A program made the position numbers and the translations under genes. Shown here in pieces: positions 29,086-37,937 of a stretch of 64,000 nucleotides of DNA. Source of the DNA: Acidimicrobiales bacterium. Its GTDB lineage: Bacteria; Actinomycetota; Acidimicrobiia; Acidimicrobiales; JAUJNH01. Location of the stretch: positions 36,407-100,406 of the forward strand of contig JBBSHS010000001.1 in assembly GCA_038232515.1 (NCBI GenBank). The letters run 5' to 3'. The notes under the pieces are model-generated. The model made no database searches and was not told the origin of the DNA. It worked only from the letters and a program-made list of their open reading frames with translations. Position 1 is the first letter of the stretch. Each line of letters begins with the position of its first letter.

Positions 29086-30359
29086 CGGGCTGGCGCCAAC
29101 GGCACCCGGACGGTGAAGCGGCAGCCGGGCGCCTCGTTCCTGACCTCAATGCGTCCCCGGTGGGCTTCGACCAGGCCCCGGGCGATGGCCAGGCCGAGCC
29201 CGGCGCCCCCGTCGTCGCTGGGGGTCCGGGCCTGGTCGCCCCGGTAGGCAAGATCGAAGACCCGGTCGAGGTCTTCGGTGGGGATGCCACCGCAGGCGTC
29301 GCGCACGGAGACGACGGCATCGTCACAGTCCACGTTGGATTCCACGACGATCTGGCCCCCGGCCGGTGTGTGGCGGATCGCGTTGTCGAGGAGGTTGCGC
29401 ACCACCCGGGCCATCTCGGCGGCGGACAGTTCGACGATGAGCGACGGATCGGCGGGCACGGCGCCGAGCCCGACCCCTTTCTTGGCCGCCCCCGGCGAGG
29501 CTCCGGCGATGGCGTCGGAGACCAGATCGCCCAGCGGAACCCGCTGGAGCTCGAGGCGCAGGGCACCGGCGTTGATGCGCGACAACTCGAACAGGTTGTC
29601 GACCAGGCCGGCCAGGCGGTCGGCTTCGAGGCGCATGGTGCGGTGGTAGCGGGCCACAGTCTGGGGATCGTCGACGACCCCGTCCTCCAGCGCCTCGACC
29701 ATGGCCCGGATGCCGGACAACGGTGTGCGCAGGTCGTGGCTCACCCATGCCACCAGCTCGCGTCGGCTCTGCTCGAGCGACTGCTCGCGTGACCGGCTCT
29801 CGGCCAGGCGGGCGGCCGTGGTGTCGAGCTGGGCGGCCAACTGGGCCAGCTCGCGGGGGAGGAGCACGCCCGGCACGGCGTCTTGGGACTCGTCGCCCAG
29901 GCGTCGGGCCATCTCGCCCACATGGGCGGCGCCCCGGGTGACGCTGCCGGCCAACCGCAGGGCGGCGGCCAGCCCGGTCGAGCTGGCGGCCACGAGGACC
30001 ACGAGCACGGCCCGCAGGTCGTGGCCCGACACGAACATGAGGCCGGCGCCCCCGCCCACGCCGACCACCGTGGCCGCCACGGGGACCAGCGTCGCCACCA
30101 CCACCTGGTTGCCGACCTGGCGGGAGCGGCGGGGACCGAGGACCAGGGCCGCCGCGCCCAGGACCAGTCCGGCACCGGTCACGGCGTAGGCGAGGAGGAG
30201 AGCCGAGTCCTCGACGGGAAGACCGAGGGCGAGGGCCACGGCCGCGGCCAGGGCCCAACCGAGGCCGAGCACCAGCGCCGCCGGGTGGCGGCCGATGCGT
30301 CGCCGTCCGCCGTCGTGGCCCCCGGTGGGCTCCTTGGGACGGGGTCTGGCTGCGGTCAC
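29082..30359 (-). CDS. sensor histidine kinase (TM-HAMP-HisKA-HATPase)
   Basis: H-box WVSHDLRTPLSGI, N-box NLLDNAIRHT, G-boxes DACGGI / GGAGLGLAI. Confidence 0.9.
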   Translation of the reverse strand: MTAARPRPKEPTGGHDGGRRRIGRHPAALVLGLGWALAAAVALALGLPVEDSALLLAYAVTGAGLVLGAAALVLGPRRSRQVGNQVVVATLVPVAATVVGVGGGAGLMFVSGHDLRAVLVVLVAASSTGLAAALRLAGSVTRGAAHVGEMARRLGDESQDAVPGVLLPRELAQLAAQLDTTAARLAESRSREQSLEQSRRELVAWVSHDLRTPLSGIRAMVEALEDGVVDDPQTVARYHRTMRLEADRLAGLVDNLFELSRINAGALRLELQRVPLGDLVSDAIAGASPGAAKKGVGLGAVPADPSLIVELSAAEMARVVRNLLDNAIRHTPAGGQIVVESNVDCDDAVVSVRDACGGIPTEDLDRVFDLAYRGDQARTPSDDGGAGLGLAIARGLVEAHRGRIEVRNEAPGCRFTVRVPLAPAR

Positions 30360-31048
30360 GGCTCGAACCGATAGCCGACGCCCCAGACGGTGACGATGTG
30401 GCGGGGATCAGCCGGGTCCGCTTCGATCTTCTCCCTGAGTCGGCGGACATGGACCGTCACCGTCGACGTGTCGCCGTAGGTGTAGCCCCATACCTGGTCG
30501 AGCAGCTCTTCGCGGCGAAGGGCCCGTCGCGGGTGGCGCATGAGGAACTCCAGCAGATCGAACTCCCGAGAGGTGAGAGCCACCAGCTGGCCGTCCACCT
30601 TGGCCTCGTGGGCCTTGGAGTCGACGCACAGGTCGCCGGCCACCAGCACGGCCGGGACGGCCGCCGCACCCAGCGGCGCGTTGGCCCGCCGTAGCACGGC
30701 CTTGACCCGCGCCATCAGCTCACGGGGTGAGAATGGTTTGGTCACATAGTCGTCGGCGCCGAGATCGAGCCCGGCGATGCGGTCGTCCTCGGTGCCCTTG
30801 GCCGTGAGCATGATGATCGGGACCAGCAGGGCATCGCGAAGGCGGCGGCACACCTCGAAGCCGTCAAGGCCCGGGATCATCAGGTCGAGCAGCATGACGT
30901 CAGGAGGCGCGGCCAGGGCCCGGTCCAGCGCCAACCGGCCGTCAGCCACTGACTCGACGGCGTACCCTTCGCGGACCAGGTAGCGGGCCACCACCTCAGC
31001 CACGGTCGGGTCGTCCTCCACGACGAGGACGCGACTGGGCGAGGGCAT
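30356..31048 (-). CDS. OmpR/PhoB-family response regulator
   Basis: Receiver (VLVVEDD, LLDLMIPGLDG, LTAKG, DDYVTKPF) plus a winged helix (LTSREFDLLEFL...VWGVGYRF). Its stop overlaps the kinase start. Confidence 0.9.
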   Translation of the reverse strand: MPSPSRVLVVEDDPTVAEVVARYLVREGYAVESVADGRLALDRALAAPPDVMLLDLMIPGLDGFEVCRRLRDALLVPIIMLTAKGTEDDRIAGLDLGADDYVTKPFSPRELMARVKAVLRRANAPLGAAAVPAVLVAGDLCVDSKAHEAKVDGQLVALTSREFDLLEFLMRHPRRALRREELLDQVWGYTYGDTSTVTVHVRRLREKIEADPADPRHIVTVWGVGYRFEP

Positions 31049-31160
31049 GGCCGAGATGGTGCCGCCCGGCTCCCGGCTGCGGCAAGTGACGGCCAGAATT
31101 TCACGAGACCGTAAGCGCCGGGCGTAGTGGCGTGGGTCCCGGTCTGACTACGGTCGCCGT

Positions 31161-31805
31161 GTGCCCGACGTCGTGCTCCCCGTCCTTGACGAGGCGGATG
31201 CCATCCCGGGTGTCCTCGCCGCCATGCCCAGCGGCTACCGCGCCATCGTGGTCGACAACGGCTCGACTGACGGGTCGGGCACCATCGCCCGCGAGCTGGG
31301 AGCGCAGGTTGTCGTGGAGCCCCTCCGCGGGTTCGGGGCCGCATGTTTCGCCGGTCTCCGGGCGGCTACAGACGACGTCGTGTGCTTCATGGACTGCGAC
31401 GGCTCACTCGACCCGGCCGAGCTCGTGACCGTCGCCGGCCCCGTCATGAGGGGTCAGGCCGACCTCTGCCTGGGTGCCCGGCGCCCCGACCGGCGGGGCA
31501 CGTGGCCGGCGCACGCCCGGCTGGCCAACCGTTTCCTGACCTGGGAGGTGCGTCGACGGTCGGGGGTGGCCCTCGACGATGTCGGCCCCATGCGGGCCGC
31601 TCGCCGCCAACGGCTGCTGGGGCTGGGCCTCGTCGACCGCCGATTCGGATGGCCACTGGAGATGGTGCTGCGGGCGGCCGCGGCCGACTGGCGCATCGTC
31701 GAGGTGCCGGTCGTCTACCGGCCCCGGACCGGGCGATCCAAGGTCACCGGGACGGTGCGGGGCACGTCCCGCGCCATCCGGGACATGGCCGGGGTGTTGC
31801 GTTGA
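31161..31805 (+). CDS. family 2 glycosyltransferase (polyprenol-phosphate sugar synthase/GtrB-like, soluble form)
   Basis: VVLPVLDEA, VVDNGSTDGS, FMDCDGS (DxD). GTG start at 31161. Confidence 0.8.
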   Translation: MPDVVLPVLDEADAIPGVLAAMPSGYRAIVVDNGSTDGSGTIARELGAQVVVEPLRGFGAACFAGLRAATDDVVCFMDCDGSLDPAELVTVAGPVMRGQADLCLGARRPDRRGTWPAHARLANRFLTWEVRRRSGVALDDVGPMRAARRQRLLGLGLVDRRFGWPLEMVLRAAAADWRIVEVPVVYRPRTGRSKVTGTVRGTSRAIRDMAGVLR

Positions 31806-31816
31806 GCCATGTTCTG

Positions 31817-33157
31817 GTGATGGCCAAGGCGCCGGTGGCCGGCCTGGTCAAGACCCGCCTCTGTCCTTCCCTCACCTCCGCCGAGGCCGCCGAGGTGGCG
31901 GCCGCGGCCCTGGCTGACACCCTCGAGGCGGTGGCGTCGTGCGGGGCCGATCGCCGCATCATCGCTCTGGACGGTGAGCCCGGGCCCTGGCTGCCTCCCG
32001 GCTTCACCGTGGTGCCCCAGTGCGGAGGCGGCCTCGACCAGCGGCTGGCGGCAGCGTGGGATCAAGCCGGAGGACCGGGTCTGCAGATCGGCATGGACAC
32101 CCCCCAGGTGACGCCGGACCTGCTCGACGACGCCTTGGGCCGCCTGGACGGGCCGACCGGCACGAACCGTCTGGGCGGAGAGAAGGGCCGGAGCGGCCAC
32201 GACAGGCCCGATGCCATGGGCGGTACCGATGCGGTCCTCGGTCTTGCCCCCGATGGCGGCTGGTGGGCCATCGGCCTCCAGCACGCGGACAGCCGGGTCT
32301 TCCTAGGCGTCCCCATGTCGACGACCGGGACGGGCAGGGCCCAACTGGGCCGCCTCCGGCGCCTCGGCCTCCGGGTGGAGCTGCTGGACCAGCTGAACGA
32401 CATCGACACCGTGGCCGATCTGGCCGAAGTGGGCGCCCTTGTCCCGCGTTCCAGGACCGGGTCGCTGGCTGCCCGCCTCGACGTCGCCGCCCGTGGTCCG
32501 CGCCGCTGCCACTGCGCCTCCGGGCAGCCGTCCGCCTTGTGCTCCCACCACCGCCCGGTGCTGATGGCCGGGGTGAGCCTGGCCCTGCGAGCCCACGACG
32601 GTTCCCTCCTCGACGTCGGCACAGACCGTTGGCACGGACCGCCCACGGCGGAGGACGAGACCGTGCTGGCCGGCCTCACCGGGCCCGTGCTCGACGTGGG
32701 CTGTGGCCCCGGTCGAGCGGTCCTGGCCCTGGTCCACCGGGGTGTCATGGCCCTCGGCACCGACTCGTCGCCACGGGCCGTGGCCGTCGCCCGACGGGCC
32801 GGTGTCAGCGTCCTGCAACTCTCGGTGTTCGACCGGGTACCCGGCGTCGGCCGGTGGCGCACCGCTCTGCTGCTCGACGGCAACCTCGGCATCGGTGGTG
32901 CCCCCGTGCGCCTGCTGCAACGGCTGGGCGACCTGCTGGCGCCCGGAGGCGAGGTGGTGGCCGAGGTCTAAGCGTCGGGTCGGGGCTGCCGATTGCTCAG
33001 GGCCCGCCTCGAACGCGACGGCCAGACCACGCGGTGGTTCCCGTGGGCGGTGGTCGGCGCCGATGCCGTCGCCGCGCTGGCGGCCGAGACCGGTCTGCGT
33101 CTCGACGGCATCGACACCCATGGGGACCGCCACTTTGCCCGGCTCTCCAACCCATGA
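31817..33157 (+). pseudogene. DUF2064 (TIGR04282-like) domain fused to a class I SAM methyltransferase, interrupted by an in-frame TAA
   Basis: VMAKAPVAGLVKTRL... DUF2064 N-terminus, then LDVGCGPGRAVLAL methyltransferase motif I. TAA at 32969-32971, after which the same frame stays open with high GC3 for 61 codons (…RLERDGQTTRWFPWAVVGADAVAALAAETGL…HFARLSNP) to TGA 33155-33157. Confidence 0.7.
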
Positions 33158-33164
33158 GCGTGAC

Positions 33165-33307
33165 GGGAGGGGGGCAGGCCCCCCTCCCGGCCTCCCCCCT
33201 CGAGGAGCTCGCTCCGCTCGCCGTCTTCCCGCCAGGACCGGCAAGCCGGACCTGGCTCTATGTGGGGGACAAAGCCCCCCACACCCCCCGGCCGGCTCCG
33301 CCGGCGG
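33165..33307 (+). repeat. GC-rich triple-hairpin interspersed repeat, family 1, copy C
   Basis: Begins with its own perfect hairpin GGGAGGGGGGC/GCCCCCCTCCC, then the family core. Hairpin 1 reads CCAGGACCGG/CCGGACCTGG, a compensatory variant. Confidence 0.8.
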
Positions 33308-33347
33308 TGCTCGGAACTGGTCGTCACGCCGGGATCTCGGTCGCCCG

Positions 33348-34417
33348 AAGCTCTGCTTCCTGCTCCGCGGCGCCCTCAGCCACATCCACCAGAACCCACA
33401 GCCCTGGCTCACGCTCCCGTCACGCCCGGCCGGCTTCTATCGCATTACCCAGAGCGTCCATGTGGCTACCGGCATCGCCAGCATCCCGATTCTGCTGGCC
33501 GAGCTCGGGACGGTCTGGCCGAGGATCGTGCAGTGGCCGCCGTTCACCTCGGTGGCGTCCGTGATCGAGCGCCTGTCGCTCATTCCTCTGGTCGGTGGAG
33601 GCCTGTTCCTGCTCTTCACGGGCACGGCCAACCTGGTGGAGTGGTACCCGTGGTCTTTCGGCTTCCGGGCCGCCCACTTCTGGATGTCGTGGGTGACGAT
33701 GGGTGCCCTGGTCGCCCACATCGGTGGAAAGTGGACGCTGACCCGCTCCGCCCTCGGCAGGGGCTCGACACCGCTGGCCCAGGCCAACCTAGCCACCCTC
33801 GACGTGGCTGAAGCCAAGACCGGGGGGCTGACGAGGCGCGGCTTCCTGGGTACGGTGGCCGCCGCCTCCGGCGTACTGACGGTCGCCACCGTCGGCGAGG
33901 CGGTCCGGCCCTTGGCCGCCGTCAGCGTGCTGGCTCCCCGGGACCCGCGGGGCCACAGGGCCTGCCCGTCAACCGCAGCGCCGAGGCGGCCGGAGTCATT
34001 CCCGACGCCACCTCGGTCGACTACCGCCTCGTCATCACCGGCCGGGGTGTGGCCGCCGATGTGGCGTTGACGGCGGACCAGGTCCGGACCATGGCCGCCC
34101 ACCGGGCCACCCTGCCCATCCAGTGCGTCGAGGGTTGGAGCGTGAGCGCCCGCTGGCAGGGAGTCCCGGTGCGTGACCTGCTCATCCTGGCCGGCGCACC
34201 GGCGGGCCGGTCGGTGCGCATCGAGTCGATCGAGCACGACGTATACGGATCTTCGATCTTGAACCCTCTGCAGGCCAGCGATCCTGACACGATGCTGGCC
34301 ACGCATGTGCGCGGTGAGCTCCTGCACATCGAGCACGGGGCCCCGGTGCGGCTGATCGCCCCCAACCGCCCGGGTGTGGAGCAGACCAAATGGGTCACCA
34401 GGGTCGTGGTGCTGTGA
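33348..34417 (+). pseudogene. molybdopterin-dependent oxidoreductase (sulfite-oxidase-like with N-terminal membrane domain), disrupted
   Basis: Homology runs LCFLLRGALSHIHQNPQPW...YRITQSVHVATG...WYPWSFGFRAAHFW in the frame of ORF 32703..34070, then continues as GPQGLPVNRSA...LPIQCVEGWS...APVRLIAPNRPGVEQTKWV in the frame of ORF 34049..34417. There is a 1-nt gap at about 33950-33955 (GGCCAC, expected GGCCCAC) and no ATG/GTG/TTG start between repeat copy C and the conserved region. Confidence 0.7.
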
Positions 34418-34436
34418 CAGGGGGACAGGCGGCAGC

Positions 34437-34946
34437 ATGGACAGTACGACGACGATATCGGGCTGCCCCCACGACCCGATGGCCGCCAAGGAGGGCGTCG
34501 GGCCCGCGTTCTGGATTGGGCCCTCGTCGGTTGGGTGGTGATCGCCTACGGGATCTACGGGATCTTCCACAACCGCGCCGAGACCCGACCGACGTTGAAG
34601 CCACGGGAGCTGGGACGCTTTTTCGGCGGGATGCTGGTGGGCCACGACGTCGTCTTCGTGCCCTTGGCGTTGCTGGTCGGTGCGGCCCTGACCCGCCTGG
34701 TACCGGCAAGGGTTCGGGCCTTCGTCCAAGGCGCCATGGTGGTAGCGCCACCTCGCCCTGTTCGCCTACCCGGCCATTCGCGGCTTCGGTCGCCACGTCG
34801 ATCCCGCCAATCACACCCTCGTGCCCCGCAACTACGCCCACGGCCAGGTGTTGGCCGTCGTCCTGGTGTGGGCCGGTGCCCTCGTGCTGGCCACCATCCG
34901 CGTGGTGCGGTGGCGGCGTCGCCGCCCGCCGATCTCCCCTGCCTGA
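34437..34946 (+). pseudogene. conserved 4-TM membrane protein (usual partner of the Mo-oxidoreductase), frameshifted
   Basis: The middle segment VLDWALVGWVVIAYGIYGIF...FVQGAMVVA (frame of ORF 34535) continues as HLALFAYPAIRGFGRHVDPANHTLVPRNYAHGQVLAVVLVWAGALVLATIRVV in another frame (extra C near 34748). An ATG at 34437 with good GC3 lies in the C-terminal frame, implying a second shift near 34500. Confidence 0.45.
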
Positions 34947-35012
34947 ACCCCGGACCGGCGGCCTCCAAATTCACCGGGCCCATTCGTGGGCATCTGGTTA
35001 GGATAGCACCGC

Positions 35013-36809
35013 GTGAAGGACATCCTAAAGATCATCCGCTATTCTTGGGTCCTGAAACCGTACTATCTTGCGACGGCCTTCTTCGTTGTTGTCATCGCTC
35101 TTCTCAATCAGGTCAACCCCTTCCTCCTCAAGTACCTGGTCGACGCCGTGGTAAAGCGGGGATCGGGCAGGTCCGTCGGCACCGCTTATTTCGGCGTGCT
35201 CCTGGCCCTGCTGTTCTCGGGCGGAGTCATGGTGTCGTTGATGAGCAACATCCAGGGCTACATCGGCGATCTGCTGGGAGCCAAGCTCAACACATTGCTG
35301 AGCCAGCGCTACTACGACCACCTCCTCGAGCTGCCCCTGGAGTTCTACGACGACGAGATAACCGGCCGGATCACCGGCCGCTTGGACCGGAGCATCGCCA
35401 CGATCTCAGAGCTGGTGAAGGCGATGGCCAACAACTTCATCGGCTTCTTTCTCACCAGCCTGTTCACCCTGGCCATCCTGGCTCGGTACTCACCGTTCGT
35501 CGCGCTGTTGTTGGCCGTCCTGTTCCCGCTGTACATCTGGCTGACCACGCTCACGAGCCGGGGATGGCAGAAGAGGCAGGAGGGCATCAACCAGCAGTCG
35601 GACTTCGGGAACGGCCGTTTCATCGAGTCGATCGGCAATATCCGGGTGGTAAAGGCCTTCGTCCACGAACGGGCCGAGAGCCGGATCTTCGCCGGGGCCC
35701 GGAGCTCGGTCGAAGGCCAGACCAAGGCACAGTCGAAAGAGTGGCACCGCTACGACGTCATACGGGGCCTGAGCATCAACGTCATCTTCTTCGGCATCTA
35801 CTCCATCATCATCTGGCAGGCCCTCAACGGGACTTTCGGGCCATTGCAGCACTCGATAGGCACCGTCGTGTTGATGTTGCAGCTCACTCTCCAGGCCCAG
35901 TTCCCCCTGTTCGCATCGTCGTTCATCGTCGACCAGATCCAACGGGCGGCGGCCGGTAGCAAGGACCTCTTCGCCATCATGGACCTCGTTCCTGGTATCC
36001 AGGACGACGAGGGGGCGGCCGAGCTGGTGGTGAGCGCAGGCCGGGTCGAGTACCGCGACGTGTCTTTTAGCTACAAGGGCGGCCGACGGGTGCTGAGCGA
36101 TGTCAGCTTCGTCATGGAGCCCGGCACCAAGCTGGCGTTGGTGGGCGAGAGCGGGGAGGGCAAGACCACCCTGGCCAACCTGCTGCTGCGCTTCTACGAG
36201 ACGACCGAGGGACAGATCACGATCGACGGGACGGACATCCGGACTGTCAGCCAGGCCTCGCTCCGCCGCAGCATCGGGGTGGTCTTCCAGGAGGCGGCGC
36301 TGTTCTCGGGCACGGCGGCGGCCAACATCACCTACGGCCAGTCGGGCTTCACCGACGAGCAGGTCGTCGCCGCGGCACGGGCGGCCAACGCCCATGACTT
36401 CATCGAGCGGCTGCCGCAGGGATACGACACCGAGATCGGCGAGCGGGGCGTGAAGCTGTCGGGCGGCCAGAAGCAGCGCATCGCCATCGCCCGGGCGCTC
36501 ATGAAGAACCCGCCGATCCTCGTTCTCGACGAGGCCACGAGCTCACTTGACAGCAAGGCCGAGCGAGAGGTGCAGGACGCGCTCGAGCGTCTGATGCGCG
36601 GTCGGACGACGCTCATCATCGCCCATCGTCTCTCGACCATCCAGAACGTCGACGTCATCGTGGGCATCCGTGGCGGCGGCGTGTCCGAAATCGGTCCACC
36701 GGCCGAGCTGGCCGCGTCCGACGGCATCTACGCCGAGCTGCTCAACCTACAGGCGCCCACCAAGGCCAACAAGGCGAAGCTCAAGGAGTACGACATCGCC
36801 CGGATCTGA
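35013..36809 (+). CDS. ABC exporter, fused permease/ATPase (MsbA/type I exporter-like)
   Basis: Six-TM domain plus an NBD (Walker A GESGEGKTT, LSGGQKQRIAIARAL, ILVLDEATSSLD). Noticeably lower GC than its surroundings, especially the first 300 nt. Confidence 0.9.
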   Translation: MKDILKIIRYSWVLKPYYLATAFFVVVIALLNQVNPFLLKYLVDAVVKRGSGRSVGTAYFGVLLALLFSGGVMVSLMSNIQGYIGDLLGAKLNTLLSQRYYDHLLELPLEFYDDEITGRITGRLDRSIATISELVKAMANNFIGFFLTSLFTLAILARYSPFVALLLAVLFPLYIWLTTLTSRGWQKRQEGINQQSDFGNGRFIESIGNIRVVKAFVHERAESRIFAGARSSVEGQTKAQSKEWHRYDVIRGLSINVIFFGIYSIIIWQALNGTFGPLQHSIGTVVLMLQLTLQAQFPLFASSFIVDQIQRAAAGSKDLFAIMDLVPGIQDDEGAAELVVSAGRVEYRDVSFSYKGGRRVLSDVSFVMEPGTKLALVGESGEGKTTLANLLLRFYETTEGQITIDGTDIRTVSQASLRRSIGVVFQEAALFSGTAAANITYGQSGFTDEQVVAAARAANAHDFIERLPQGYDTEIGERGVKLSGGQKQRIAIARALMKNPPILVLDEATSSLDSKAEREVQDALERLMRGRTTLIIAHRLSTIQNVDVIVGIRGGGVSEIGPPAELAASDGIYAELLNLQAPTKANKAKLKEYDIARI

Positions 36810-36910
36810 GGTGCACGGGCACGACCCGTTCTGCCCGGGCAGCGCGGGTGGACGGCTCAGCGCGGACCCGGCCGGGCCGGGACGCGGCAGGTTCGACGGT
36901 TCGTGCCACC

Positions 36911-37840
36911 ATGCCGGCCATGGCCGTGACGCCGGAGCTCGAGGCCGTGCGCCACCAGTTGCGGGCCAAGCGGCGACGTGGCGGGGCCGAGGCCGTGCCG
37001 GTCGACGACGACGAGGGCGACGCCGCCGCGTCGAGAGGCGGGCCGGGCCGGCTGGACCGGCTGGACCAACCGGACGATATGGCCATCGAAGTGGTTGAGG
37101 TGGCCGGCCGACGGGCGTGCTGGGTGGCGGCCGGGGCAGAGGCGACGGATCGAGCGGTGTTGTACCTACCTGGTTACGCTCAGGTCCCTTCCTCGCCCGC
37201 CGCCCATGTGCGGCTGTGCGCCCGACTCTCCCGGGCGATGCCGGCTCGGGTCCTTGTCGCCGCTCGGACCGAGGCGCTCGAGCGCCCGTTCCTGGCTGCG
37301 GTCGACGACGCCGTCGCCACGCTCGGCGAGCTGGAGCGCCTGGGTCTCGAACCGGGTCGGACCGTCATCGCCGGCGACGGGGCCGGAGGGGGCGTGGCCC
37401 TTGCCGCCATCGTGGCCCTGCGCCAGGGTGGGCATCGGCTGCCGGCGGCGGTCGTGCTCCTGTCGCCGTGGGTCGACCTGGCCGGCAGGGGCGACTCCTA
37501 CCAGACCCAGGCCGAGCTCGACCTGGTGTGGCGACCGGACGAATTGCGAGCCCTGGCCACGCTGTTGGCCACCGGCACCCAAGTCAGCGATCCCCGGGTC
37601 AGCCCCGTCGGTGCCGACCTCACCGGCCTGCCCCCGGTGCTGGTCCAGGTGGGCAGCGACGAGATCCTTCTCGACGACTCCGTCCGGCTCCACGAGCGTT
37701 TGCGAGCGGCCGGCGTCGACGCCGTGCTCGAGGTGTGGGACGACATGCCCCATGCCTTCCAGTTCATGGAGACCCTGGCCGAGGCGGCCGAAGCCGTCGA
37801 CCGCATCGCCGCCTCCGTCCGGCGACATGCGGCGCCCTGA
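36911..37840 (+). CDS. alpha/beta-hydrolase fold protein of the HSL/esterase-lipase family with degenerate catalytic motifs
   Basis: Aligns to the HSL family, but the nucleophile elbow is GDGAGG (Gly codon GGG 37379-37381 where Ser is expected) and the oxyanion HGGG box is LPGY. Asp (GSDEILLDD) and His (MPHAF) are retained. The start is uncertain (36848/36911/36920). Confidence 0.7.
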   Translation: MPAMAVTPELEAVRHQLRAKRRRGGAEAVPVDDDEGDAAASRGGPGRLDRLDQPDDMAIEVVEVAGRRACWVAAGAEATDRAVLYLPGYAQVPSSPAAHVRLCARLSRAMPARVLVAARTEALERPFLAAVDDAVATLGELERLGLEPGRTVIAGDGAGGGVALAAIVALRQGGHRLPAAVVLLSPWVDLAGRGDSYQTQAELDLVWRPDELRALATLLATGTQVSDPRVSPVGADLTGLPPVLVQVGSDEILLDDSVRLHERLRAAGVDAVLEVWDDMPHAFQFMETLAEAAEAVDRIAASVRRHAAP

Positions 37841-37843
37841 GGC

Positions 37844-37930
37844 CGGCACCCGGCACCCGGCACCCGACACCGGCACCGCACCCGCCCCCGTACCCGGTAC
37901 GGCACCCGGCACCCGGGCACCCGGCACCCC
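37844..37930. repeat. imperfect heptanucleotide tandem repeat (CGGCACC)n
   Basis: CGGCACC CGGCACC CGGCACC CGACACC GGCACC ... CGGCACC CGGGCACC CGGCACC between convergent genes; the complementary strand carries many GGG tracts. Confidence 0.8.
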
Positions 37931-37937
37931 TGGCCGA

